This document shows, piece after piece, positions 40,597 to 50,156 of a stretch of 64,000 nt of DNA. The notes below the pieces were generated by a model. The model made no database searches. It saw only the letters and a program-made list of their open reading frames with translations, and was not told the origin of the DNA. Position numbers and translations under genes: made by a program. Source of the stretch: Bacillota bacterium (GTDB lineage Bacteria > Bacillota > JAAYKD01). Location: positions 2,528,001-2,592,000 of the forward strand of contig OY762825.2 of the NCBI GenBank assembly GCA_963666425.2. Reading direction: 5' to 3'. Numbering within the stretch: position 1 is the stretch's first letter; each line of letters starts with the position of its first letter.

Positions 40597-40664
40597 GGTT
40601 CAGGCAGAGAAAAATTAAAAAGGTTTATGCAAAAACGAGAAATCGCGTTTGCATAAACCTTTTC

Positions 40665-41327
40665 TTACGATTGTTTATCCTGACCATAATGATGGCGGAC
40701 ATATTCCTGCATGGCCTGAACCGCGCCGGTGGGCAGCGTCTGCGGCTGACCGATACAGCGAGCCATATAATAAACCTGAGCTGTCATTTCCAATACGGTC
40801 GCTGTCCGAAACGCTTGTTCGAGATTTTCACCGATACAGACGGCGCCATGCGCGCGCAGCAAGCAGGCATTGGCTTGCTTGCCCAAGGTGGCTGCGCAGT
40901 AGGCTGCCAGTTCGGCGCTGCCCGGCAGGGCGTAAGGTGTCACCTCTACCGCAGCACCAAGCACCTGCGCCGCTTCATCTAATACGAGAGGGATTGGTTC
41001 AGCCAGCACGGCAAATACCATGGAGTGCAGCGGATGGGTATGCAGAACGGCATTGATTTCCGGACGGGCCCGATAAACAGCCAGATGCAGTTCTTTTTCC
41101 ATTGTCGGCTTGCGCCAACCACTGACGAGATTGCCGCCGGCATCACAAACTACTACATCCGAGGCTTGAATCGTATCATAAGCCATCGCGCTGGGGGTAA
41201 GGTAGATGAATCCGGTTTCCGGATCACGCAGACTGAGATTGCCCCAGGTTTCTACAGTCAGATTGCTCCGCAGCATGCGCTGACCGGCGGCGACGATTTG
41301 CTGACAAAAATCAATTTTACCTACCAT
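40665..41327 (-). CDS. Class II aldolase (fuculose-1-P aldolase-like; probable deoxy/methylthio-ribulose-1-P aldolase)
   Basis: TWGNLS, TPS, KPTME..LH, HTH, LLRAHG; overlaps the end of mtnA. Confidence 0.85.
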   Translation of the reverse strand: MVGKIDFCQQIVAAGQRMLRSNLTVETWGNLSLRDPETGFIYLTPSAMAYDTIQASDVVVCDAGGNLVSGWRKPTMEKELHLAVYRARPEINAVLHTHPLHSMVFAVLAEPIPLVLDEAAQVLGAAVEVTPYALPGSAELAAYCAATLGKQANACLLRAHGAVCIGENLEQAFRTATVLEMTAQVYYMARCIGQPQTLPTGAVQAMQEYVRHHYGQDKQS

Positions 41328-42406
41328 TTTGCTGCCTCCGCCTGTTTTTGTTGGAAGAGAGCGGCAATCGAAGCGGTGAAAGGCGGCCTGGCAATGCCCT
41401 GTTCTGTAATGATGGCCGTGATGTTTTGCTGTTCGGTCAGGTCAAAAGCAGGATTATAGACATCAATCCCCGGTGGTGCCATCCGCTTTTCATACCACAT
41501 TTCCGTCACTTCTTCCGCTGCGCGCTCTTCAATCGTAATCTCTTTACCGTCGGCCGCCATCCGGTCAAAAGTAGAAAGCGGTGCGCAGACATAAAATGGA
41601 ATTTTATAATAACGAGCTAAAATGCTGATGCCGGCGGTGCCGATTTTATTCACCGTGTCGCCATTGGCGGCAATCCGGTCAGCTCCAACCAAAACCGCTT
41701 GAATCCAGCCTTTTTGCATCACAGAGGAGACCATGTTATCACAAATCAAGGTCGGCTGAATGCCGGCCGCCTGCAGCTCATAGGCAGTCAAGCGGGCTCC
41801 CTGTAACAGCGGCCTGGTTTCATCCGCAAAAACGCGGAAACGATAACCCTGCTCCCAACCCAGATAGATCGGGGCAAGAGCGGTACCGTATTTTACGGTA
41901 GCCAACCGTCCTGCATTGCAATGGGTCAGCAGACCGAAACCATTCTGTAAACAAGTTAAGCCATATTCGCCGATGCGGCGGCAGATTTGGATGTCTTCCT
42001 GCTGGATGCATTCGGCTTGCAGCAGCAATTGCTGTTTGAGCTGAGCGAGAGGTTTCCCTTGATGCTGCAGGAGGGTCGCCTCCATTCGATCCAGGGCCCA
42101 GCATAAATTGACTGCCGTGGGCCGCGCCGTGGCGAGATAGGTCTTGGCTGTCTGAAATTCCGCATAAAAATCCGAGAAGTGTTCGGCTTTGCTGGCGGCA
42201 GCAGCCAGATAGAGTCCGTAGGCGGCTGTAATCCCAATGGCAGGCGCGCCACGCACCTGCAGGGAACGGATCGCCTGCCAGACTTCTTGTGCGGTTTTTA
42301 GCCGCAGCAGTAAAAGTTGGTTGGGCAATTTGGTCTGATCGATGGTGATAATCGAGGAACTATCCGCATCCAGATGGACCGTCTCAAATTCTGCTGTCAG
42401 CTGCAT
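41321..42406 (-). CDS. mtnA: S-methyl-5-thioribose-1-phosphate isomerase
   Basis: DQTKLP, VRGAPAIG, RPTAVNL, LTHCNAG, DETRPLLQGARLT, NKIGT, NPAFD. Confidence 0.95.
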   Translation of the reverse strand: MQLTAEFETVHLDADSSSIITIDQTKLPNQLLLLRLKTAQEVWQAIRSLQVRGAPAIGITAAYGLYLAAAASKAEHFSDFYAEFQTAKTYLATARPTAVNLCWALDRMEATLLQHQGKPLAQLKQQLLLQAECIQQEDIQICRRIGEYGLTCLQNGFGLLTHCNAGRLATVKYGTALAPIYLGWEQGYRFRVFADETRPLLQGARLTAYELQAAGIQPTLICDNMVSSVMQKGWIQAVLVGADRIAANGDTVNKIGTAGISILARYYKIPFYVCAPLSTFDRMAADGKEITIEERAAEEVTEMWYEKRMAPPGIDVYNPAFDLTEQQNITAIITEQGIARPPFTASIAALFQQKQAEAAKW

Positions 42407-42410
42407 GAGA

Positions 42411-42860
42411 TTAACACTCCTGTTTTTCATTGCCTGCCGTCAGTACTTGCGTAATGATCGGAATCAATGATTTTTGTTGGCGTAATTTGGGTTCCAAAAA
42501 TTTCAGCAGGAAAAAGGAGAGGAAAGCAAGAATAATACAACCAATGCCTGAGATTGCCTGTGATGTTTCAAAAGGCAGCGCTCTGGTCAGCCACGCCAAA
42601 AGCAGATAGCCGGCAAACAAAGAAATCAAAGGAGCGCCATAGGTAAGGAGGGCTGCTTTGGAACCGATTTGACCGCTGAAATTAATCTCGACCCGGTCGC
42701 CCACCTGAGCATCGGTCTGATTCAGTGCCCGAATCTGCATTTCAGCGTTTTCGCTGGTCCCTAAAGAACAGGCGCGGCAGCTTTGGCAGGCCGATTGACG
42801 GACTAAATGGACTTCAGCATAGAGACCGTCCCGTTTTGTAACAATACCGGAGGGAATCAC
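42411..42860 (-). CDS. RseC/MucC (SoxR-reducing system) family membrane protein
   Basis: RQSACQSCRAC, GDRVEI, LLTYGAPL, two TMs. Confidence 0.8.
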   Translation of the reverse strand: MIPSGIVTKRDGLYAEVHLVRQSACQSCRACSLGTSENAEMQIRALNQTDAQVGDRVEINFSGQIGSKAALLTYGAPLISLFAGYLLLAWLTRALPFETSQAISGIGCIILAFLSFFLLKFLEPKLRQQKSLIPIITQVLTAGNEKQEC

Positions 42861-43040
42861 AATAAAACTTCCTTTCTATTTGTCAATGGAACCGTCATAG
42901 TCTATTCATAATCTTGTTGAGACCTTGTCATACATGGAAGAAGAAAACATCTATAATTAGAGATTAAGAGAAATTTATTTCTGCCCCCTGACGGCAGCGT
43001 GGTTTCTCTCTATCGAGGAAATGAGAAAGGATGGATAGAT

Positions 43041-43721
43041 ATGTGGTATGATTCAACATTTCTGCTGCTAATCCCTGCCATGCTGATTGCGATGTGGGCA
43101 CAGGCCCGGGTCAGCAGCGCCTTAGGACGTTGGAAAATGGTGCGGTCTGCTTCCGGCTTAAGTGGCGCCCAGACAGCGAGGCGCTTGCTGGATGCGAATG
43201 GCCTGACTGATGTTGCTGTCGAACAGATCAATACCGATATGGGAGATCAATATGATCCGGGTAAAAAAGTGGTCCGGCTTTCGCCGGAAATCTATGGCAG
43301 CTCCAGTGTCGCTGCTTTGAGTGTCGCCGCGCATGAAACGGGTCATGCTCTGCAGCATGCGCAAGGCTACGCGTTTCTTTCTGCGCGCACCGCTGTTTTC
43401 CCTTTGGCCCGTTTTGGTTCCAATGCCGCTTTCCCACTGCTGATCATTGGTTTGCTGTTTAGTTTTGATGCTCTGGTCAGTATCGGGATCGTGCTGTTTG
43501 CTTTTGCCGTGTTGTTTCAGTTAATTACCCTGCCCGTTGAATTCAATGCTTCCAGCCGTGCTAAAATTATGTTAAGAGAACAGGGCTTGGTCGATGCGCA
43601 TGAGCAAAGCGGTGTGGACGAAGTGCTGAATGCCGCTGCTCTGACTTATGTAGCCGCTGCCTTCACCGCCATTATGCAGTTGCTGCGCTTATTGCTGCTT
43701 TCACGCAACAGAAGAAGATAA
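43041..43721 (+). CDS. YugP-like membrane zinc metallopeptidase
   Basis: DQYDP, VAAHETGHALQ, TLPVEFNAS.RA, VLNAAALTYVA. Confidence 0.9.
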   Translation: MWYDSTFLLLIPAMLIAMWAQARVSSALGRWKMVRSASGLSGAQTARRLLDANGLTDVAVEQINTDMGDQYDPGKKVVRLSPEIYGSSSVAALSVAAHETGHALQHAQGYAFLSARTAVFPLARFGSNAAFPLLIIGLLFSFDALVSIGIVLFAFAVLFQLITLPVEFNASSRAKIMLREQGLVDAHEQSGVDEVLNAAALTYVAAAFTAIMQLLRLLLLSRNRRR

Positions 43722-43759
43722 GTCGAAGACTATAGTGAACCGAAGCCAAAAACGAATTG

Positions 43760-43834
43760 AAAAAAGTCCGAAGATGACGCAATGCGGCTGCCCAGTGAAG
43801 GCGCTGCCGCAAGGGATCTCCGGACTTTTTTTTT
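43760..43834. terminator. Bidirectional terminator between convergent genes
   Basis: AAAAAAGTCCGAAGAT...ATCTCCGGACTTTTTTTT. Confidence 0.65.
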
Positions 43835-43858
43835 AGTCTCGGGAAGAAGTTTGTTTTC

Positions 43859-45313
43859 CTATTGCTGGATGACAGTCAGAGAGGTTAAGGTATGATCATC
43901 ACAGACAATATTGCCGCCGGCTTTTTTCACTTCCTGCAGATATTCTAGGATTTCTACATCGATCACTTCTCCCGGCAAGAGGACCGGTACGCCGGGCGGA
44001 TAAACCGTGATGGTTTCCCCACAGATCCGTCCTACTGATTGATTGAAGGGACAGAGCTCATTGTTGGCATACCAAGCTTCTCTGGGAGTCAGCGCAATGT
44101 TCGGCTGCATGGCAGCCCAAGGAGCATCGGTCAGCAGGGGAAGCGGTTCGGCTGTTGTGTCGAGCGAAGCGGCGAAAGAGCGCAGGCAACGCTCAATGCT
44201 TTCAAAATGTTCTTCTTCATCAGCAATCGTCAACATCAACAGAACACCGCCGCTGTCTGCTAACTCCGGTTCCAAACCGTGCAGACGCAGCATATTGGCT
44301 GCCTGGAAACCAGACAAACCATAGAGAGCCGTGCGCAGGTAGAGTTTACTGATATCTTGGCCGGCAGCATTCTGCAGCGGCAATTCATCCAATTCCAGAA
44401 AACGCAAAGGCGTTTCACGATTGAGTCTTTCTTTCATATGCGCCGTCAATTCCAGCATGCGGGTCAATTTTTCCGGTCCATCTGTTGCCATTTGTGCACT
44501 GGCTGCTTCCAGGCTGAGCAGAAGAATATAAGAGGGACTGGTGGTTTGCAAAATGCGCAGAGCAGCCTGAATCCGGGCGGGAGCGATACGGCTGCCTTTC
44601 AGGTGCATCCAAGAGCATTGCGTAAAACCGCTCAGCGTTTTATGCGTGCTTTGAATTACCACGTCAGCACCGCATTCGAGGGCATCTTTGGGCAGCAGGT
44701 TGGAAAAATGAGTGTGCACGCCGTGCGCTTCATCCACCATGACCGGGATGTCATAAGAGTGGATCAAATCGATTTGTTCTTTCAAATAACCGGAAATACC
44801 ATGAAAACTCGGTGAGGTCAGAATCACTAATTTGATATCCGGGTGCATTTCCAGGGCGTGACGCAGATCGTCGACGGTAGGAGGCAGAGCGACGCCGGTC
44901 GTTTTATCCCAAGTTGTGGGCATAAAAACCGGGGTGGCACCGCTGAGAATCAAACCCTGACTGACGGAACGGTGACTGTTGCGCATCAGCAGCACTTTCT
45001 GCCCGGCAGCAGACAAAGCAAAAATGGTGGCCATGATACCGCCGCTGGTGCCGTTGATCAGATAAAAGCTGGTGTCGGCTCCGTAGAGCTTGGCCAATAG
45101 TTCCTGACTTTCTTTCAGTGCGCCAACGGGTTGAGACAAATCATCGGTAAAGGGAAGTTCGGTGTAGTCATAGGCGGCGGCAGCCCCTAAAATGGGTTGC
45201 AGAGCCGGGATGATGCTGCGACCTTGCTTGTGGCCGGGCATGTGCAGTGCAATTCTGCCGGCAGCTTGCTGCCGCTGAATCGCCTGCAAAAAAGGAAGTT
45301 GTATTTCTTCCAT
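43859..45313 (-). CDS. PLP-dependent Orn/Lys/Arg decarboxylase family
   Basis: HMPGHK, NGTSG, RNSHRS, VDEAHG, QSTHKTL, TTSPSY, YPPGVP. Confidence 0.9.
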   Translation of the reverse strand: MEEIQLPFLQAIQRQQAAGRIALHMPGHKQGRSIIPALQPILGAAAAYDYTELPFTDDLSQPVGALKESQELLAKLYGADTSFYLINGTSGGIMATIFALSAAGQKVLLMRNSHRSVSQGLILSGATPVFMPTTWDKTTGVALPPTVDDLRHALEMHPDIKLVILTSPSFHGISGYLKEQIDLIHSYDIPVMVDEAHGVHTHFSNLLPKDALECGADVVIQSTHKTLSGFTQCSWMHLKGSRIAPARIQAALRILQTTSPSYILLLSLEAASAQMATDGPEKLTRMLELTAHMKERLNRETPLRFLELDELPLQNAAGQDISKLYLRTALYGLSGFQAANMLRLHGLEPELADSGGVLLMLTIADEEEHFESIERCLRSFAASLDTTAEPLPLLTDAPWAAMQPNIALTPREAWYANNELCPFNQSVGRICGETITVYPPGVPVLLPGEVIDVEILEYLQEVKKAGGNIVCDDHTLTSLTVIQQ

Positions 45314-45448
45314 CTCGCATTTCTCCTGTCAGCTTATTATAGAAATCGAGCTGCAATTTTTTATGAGAATCATAAAAAGTTGCAGCCCGATAATTATATT
45401 TTATTCAATAGCTGCTGTCAATAGTTTTTCCTAAAAGCCGTAAAACTA

Positions 45449-46297
45449 TCAGATTATTCCTTGGATTTTCATGGCTTTTAGAACATTGCCCATCAGAATC
45501 GCCGTGGTGAGAGAACCAACGCCGCCTGGGACCGGAGTGACTTGCGCAGCGACTTGCATCGCTTCGTCATAGTTGACATCGCCGACCAAATGATCGCCGA
45601 TTTGACTGATTCCGGCGTCGATCACGACAGCACCGGGTTTAATCATATCACCGCGAATCAAATTGGGTTTCCCGGTGGCGGCGATCAGGATATCTGCCTG
45701 TAGGGTGATGAATTTGACGTCTTTGGTTTTGGAACGGCAGACGGTCAAGGTGGGCAATTCTCTTAAAAGCAGAGGAACCAATGGTTTGCCGACGGTGGCA
45801 CCGTAACCGACCATGACGATATGCGGCTGCAGCAAATCAACACCGCACTGATGGATAATTTCCAGAACCGACTGCGGCGTGGCGGGAAAGAGCCAATCCT
45901 GTCCGCTGAGCAGGTAACCCATGGAAACCGGGGAAGCACCATCTACATCTTTTTCTGGTTTGATCCAGGTGACGGCTTCTTTGGCGTTCATGCCTTTGGG
46001 TAAAGGCAGCTCCAGCATGATGCCGTGTACGGCAGGGTCCTGGTTCAAACTCTCAATCAATTCCTGCAGGGCAGCCATACTGGTATTGGCCGGCAGGATA
46101 TAATCGGCGAACTCAATGCCGGCTTTGATGCAGGCGTTCTTTTTGGAGCGTAAATAAGCTGCAGATGCTTCGTCGTCACCGACTAAAATAACGGCCAATT
46201 TCGGTTGGATTTTGCGTTCTTTTAAAGCAGTGATCTGCACTGTCAATTCTTTACGCATTTTGGAGGCGATGGCTTTGCCATCTATCATTGTTCCCAT
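45449..46297 (-). CDS. folD: Methylene-THF dehydrogenase (FolD family), divergent
   Basis: IDGK, LAVILVG, YLRSK, KDVDG, ADILIAATG, VIDAG, TPVPGGVG. Confidence 0.9.
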   Translation of the reverse strand: MGTMIDGKAIASKMRKELTVQITALKERKIQPKLAVILVGDDEASAAYLRSKKNACIKAGIEFADYILPANTSMAALQELIESLNQDPAVHGIMLELPLPKGMNAKEAVTWIKPEKDVDGASPVSMGYLLSGQDWLFPATPQSVLEIIHQCGVDLLQPHIVMVGYGATVGKPLVPLLLRELPTLTVCRSKTKDVKFITLQADILIAATGKPNLIRGDMIKPGAVVIDAGISQIGDHLVGDVNYDEAMQVAAQVTPVPGGVGSLTTAILMGNVLKAMKIQGII

Positions 46298-46330
46298 GAG
46301 AGGTCTTCCTTTCTGTCCGGTGATAATAAA

Positions 46331-48352
46331 TTAGAATAGCTTCCAGGCAATCAGGTTCATTGCAGCCAAGACATCAAAATAGCGGCTGGCGGCTTTGCTG
46401 CAATCAAACCCTGTTTCCAAACGGGTCAAACGACAAATCTCAGCAACGGATCGGGTTCCATCGGTCCAATACAGCAGTTGTGTGCTGCTGCGCTGCAGCA
46501 AAGGTTCTTCTGCCAGTAATTGACGATAGCGTACTTGTACTTCTGCCGGTTGTTTCTCAACCATTCCCCGGGCATTGAAAGGTCCGCGGAAGAGACGTAC
46601 CGGCACAGCGTCGGATTTTTCATCGCTGTTCGCTGCCTGCTTTTCATCTGTCAAGTGGATTCCCAAAGCTATTTGCTGCTCTTTCAACACGGCATCGGTA
46701 TAATCCTGCATCAGTTTGCTTTGGCGTTTGCAAGAGCGCAGAAACGCTTGCTTGCTCTTGCCGATAAACCGCTGGAAATCTGCCATTTCTGCTTGCTTCA
46801 ATTCGCATTGATAGCGGACCTGGGCAGCTGTGTCCTGATAAAGTGCTGACTTTTCGGCTGTATTTTGCTGCAGACTAGCAGCCAGATCCAATTTCAGCAG
46901 CTGATCGATATGATGGATATAACTGGCTCGGCTGAGCGCCAAAATCCAATCGGCATCCTGTTCGGTAAGATTCGCCAACAAATAAGCGTAGGTCCCGCTC
47001 ATACAGCCAACACGGTAGAGCATCTTCGGATCGACTTTATCTAAGGTATCGGCGCTGGTATGATAGAATTTATCCGGCCATTGGATCAGCATCGGAGAGG
47101 GAATACCAACCGTTGGATCTGAGAGAACATAATGGTCGCTGCCACCGGAGAAGGGAGTCACCGCATATTTGAAAAGCGCATAGCTGGTGCCGCCGGAAAG
47201 GTTTTTGGCTTCCTCTGTGACTGCCTCCAGCACATTGGCCATCAGATCACCGACAAATGATTTTGCTGCCTGCGGCGGATATTCCACCACCAGGGGTCCC
47301 TGGCAGAGTTCCTGCTTTTCACCGACCATGTCCAGATTTAAGCCCGCTAAAATCCTGGGGATGCGTTCTTCGTTTTGCGCCAGGTAGGCGAAGGTGCCGG
47401 TCATTTCCGGGACCAGCAAAAAGCGAATGCCGCGTTTGGGTTTCTTGAGTTTGCCGCTGTCAATCAATGTCTGCAGGGTGCGGGCTGTTTCCAGTAGGAC
47501 ACCTACACCGGAAGCATTGTCGTTGGCCGAAGCCTGTGGATGGCAAAGGTGAGCAGTCAGGATGATTTCTTCCCGGCTGCTGCCCGGAATGAACGCGCTG
47601 ACATTTTCGATCGCACCCGGATAGAGTTTCGCATCGACACAGGCTTTGGCGCTGAGATAAGGAGAGGAGGCGCTGCCGGCCAGGTAAGCAGCTTTTTGTT
47701 TCTGGCAAAGTTTTTTCAGTAAATCGCCTTGCTTGGGTGAAAGCGCAAAACCAAAGCATTGTTTTTCATGGCCGGTCCACCAAAAAGAGGTATAAAGGAT
47801 GGCGTCCGGAATATCAAAACGATGGCGGACGATGGGGAATTCCACCATGCGTTCACTGATCAGCCCAAGCGCACCGCGTTTTTCAACAGCCCAAGCGCGG
47901 ATTTTATTCCAATCGCCGTCGGAAAAAACGAGCGCGCCGTGAAAATCGATCTCGGGGTAAAGTGCTTCGTCATCCCCCTTTTCCAGCCAAATAATCGGAG
48001 CGACCAAGCCTGCAGCCGGTGTTCGGATGCTGCGCTGGATGACAGACATTTTTTCAGCTGAAAAATCGCAGAGACGGATCGGTGATTCTCCTAAAAGATC
48101 AAGCGTTGCTGAGCGGCATTCCCATTCTTCAAACATGCACTGCGTCCAATAAGTTGTTTCGAAATTAGAGGGATAGGAGAGAATCTCGGCTTTGACGCCA
48201 GCCGAACGGAATGCTTCCAAGCAGTAATGTGCCGCGGCGCGATAGCCCGGACTTGCCTGAATCCGATGATGTTGACTAACCTCTGCCACATGATGAAAAG
48301 ATTTTTGGCCGGAAAACTCATTTTGAATCAAAGGTAAGATCGAACGGATCAT
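46331..48352 (-). CDS. M28-like aminopeptidase / DUF4910 family protein
   Basis: HHRIQAS, TAHLCHP, ANDNASG, PEMTG, NLDMVG, GSDH, YHTSADT; C-terminal winged-helix-like segment. Confidence 0.75.
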   Translation of the reverse strand: MIRSILPLIQNEFSGQKSFHHVAEVSQHHRIQASPGYRAAAHYCLEAFRSAGVKAEILSYPSNFETTYWTQCMFEEWECRSATLDLLGESPIRLCDFSAEKMSVIQRSIRTPAAGLVAPIIWLEKGDDEALYPEIDFHGALVFSDGDWNKIRAWAVEKRGALGLISERMVEFPIVRHRFDIPDAILYTSFWWTGHEKQCFGFALSPKQGDLLKKLCQKQKAAYLAGSASSPYLSAKACVDAKLYPGAIENVSAFIPGSSREEIILTAHLCHPQASANDNASGVGVLLETARTLQTLIDSGKLKKPKRGIRFLLVPEMTGTFAYLAQNEERIPRILAGLNLDMVGEKQELCQGPLVVEYPPQAAKSFVGDLMANVLEAVTEEAKNLSGGTSYALFKYAVTPFSGGSDHYVLSDPTVGIPSPMLIQWPDKFYHTSADTLDKVDPKMLYRVGCMSGTYAYLLANLTEQDADWILALSRASYIHHIDQLLKLDLAASLQQNTAEKSALYQDTAAQVRYQCELKQAEMADFQRFIGKSKQAFLRSCKRQSKLMQDYTDAVLKEQQIALGIHLTDEKQAANSDEKSDAVPVRLFRGPFNARGMVEKQPAEVQVRYRQLLAEEPLLQRSSTQLLYWTDGTRSVAEICRLTRLETGFDCSKAASRYFDVLAAMNLIAWKLF

Positions 48353-48813
48353 ATTGTCACCCCTTCTTGTTTATTTGCTGTTAAATTCTGTTTGATGCGT
48401 CTAGATTCCTTGTTGCCTGCAGGAAAAAGGTTGCCTAAGGTCAGCGGGGGCAAAATGAAGACTGCTGGTGGCAATTGGCTGATACTCCTCGAAAAGCATA
48501 TCTTACCGGATCCAGAGAGGGAGAGAAATTTCTGAAAGCGGGTAATGATCTGCTGAATCAAGCCAAGAATTGACTCACAAGCAGGGGCCGGTCGTAACCA
48601 GAGTTTTCTATCTATTTTATTGTTCCTGCGAGTTGAAAAGCTGGCGAAGTAAAGCTCTTTTCGTCGGGAACTGTATCATTGACCAAATCGGCAATGTAAG
48701 GCAGGATTTCGTTTGGATATTACGGAATTATGTCGAGTATAATCTAAATGGTGTCATATGCACTGGGTGAAATGAAACCTTGAAGGAAATCTTGGGTGCA
48801 TAGGACAGAAAGG

Positions 48814-49974
48814 ATGAAAACGGTGAAGACGATCGACGAATCAGCACTTTTACAGTATATGAATGAGCATGAACAGGAGATTATTACCGAGCTGTCCAGT
48901 CTGGTTGTCATGAATTCCTATACCTATGCACCGGAAGAGGTCAATCGGTTTGGTAATTGGTTGTGCCTGCAATTCCAGCAAATGGGATGTCACACCGAAA
49001 TTCTTCCATCCTGCAATTCGAATTATGGCAATCACATCAAAGTGACCTTCGGTCATGCTGAGGATCAGATTTTGATCTTAGCGCATATGGATACCGTCTT
49101 TCCGAAGGAAGAGACCAAAGCCGGGTCTCTGCATATAGAAAAAGGCCGAGCATACGGTCCCGGCGTGTTTGATATGAAAGGCGGCATTTTACAGCTGCTC
49201 TGGGCGGTACGGTTGATTCGGCAGAATGGGTTGGAGCCGAAATACCAGGTCTGTATGATCATCAGCAGCGATGCGGAAGCCGGTGGGACAACCGCTCGAA
49301 AATATGTCGAAACGGAAGCAATGCACAGCAAAGCGGTGTATGTCTTGGAATCGGCGGTAGGAGAAACCGGGGAGCTGAAAAAAGAGCAGCATGGTACAGG
49401 CCGTTATAAGATGACGATAACCGGTACCGGCGGACATCCCGGCCGTTATCTGCCGACTACTTCCGCTATCCAGGAACTGACCTTTCAGATTCAACGTCTG
49501 CACAGTCTCTCGCATCCCGAGGATGATGTGATTGTCAATGTCGGCCAAATTTGGGGCGGCAATACAGTCAATACCATTTCAGCCAATGCCACTGCTTTGA
49601 TCGAATTGCGATTTCTCGATGCAGAAGAAGGGAAACATACCGAGGAGATCATCTTACGCAGTCAGCCTTTTACCAATTGTCGGGTAGAAGTGAACGGCGG
49701 CATCATTCGGCCTTCTTTAAGGCGCAATGCGGATACGCAAAGGCTGATGTGCATGGTCAAACGTTTGGGTGCTGTGATTGGTCTGCATTTTAAAGACGGA
49801 GCAATCGGCGAAGCCAGTGATGGTAATTATGCTGCAGCGCTTGGCGTACCTACGCTGGATGGTTTGGGACCGGTTGGCGGCGGTGCGCACAGCGGCGACG
49901 AGTTTATTGAGATCCGGTCAATTGCGGAGCGGACCGTATTACTAATTTCTATACTCTGCAAGGGAGAAGTATAG
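48814..49974 (+). CDS. M20 peptidase, glutamate carboxypeptidase (CPG2)-like, atypical active site
   Basis: AHMDTVFP, GPGVFDMKGG, DAE in place of DEE, PTLDGLGP.GGGAHS. Confidence 0.8.
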   Translation: MKTVKTIDESALLQYMNEHEQEIITELSSLVVMNSYTYAPEEVNRFGNWLCLQFQQMGCHTEILPSCNSNYGNHIKVTFGHAEDQILILAHMDTVFPKEETKAGSLHIEKGRAYGPGVFDMKGGILQLLWAVRLIRQNGLEPKYQVCMIISSDAEAGGTTARKYVETEAMHSKAVYVLESAVGETGELKKEQHGTGRYKMTITGTGGHPGRYLPTTSAIQELTFQIQRLHSLSHPEDDVIVNVGQIWGGNTVNTISANATALIELRFLDAEEGKHTEEIILRSQPFTNCRVEVNGGIIRPSLRRNADTQRLMCMVKRLGAVIGLHFKDGAIGEASDGNYAAALGVPTLDGLGPVGGGAHSGDEFIEIRSIAERTVLLISILCKGEV

Positions 49975-50156
49975 CTTTTTTTAGACGATACTGTATTGAT
50001 CATTCTTTTTTTGTCTTTTCCTATTTTTCTACAGAATCTTTTAATGATTTCGACAAACTCAGCAATCAGGCGAGAAAGGGGAAGAGGATGCTTCTCTCGA
50101 ATTGATAGACGTTTGCGGCATATCGCCGTGTAAAAGTTGAAGGAGGAGTTTTTAAC

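Noticed and set aside
50040..50150. THF or ZTP riboswitch upstream of fhs
   Set aside because: No recognisable consensus elements; only a short hairpin.
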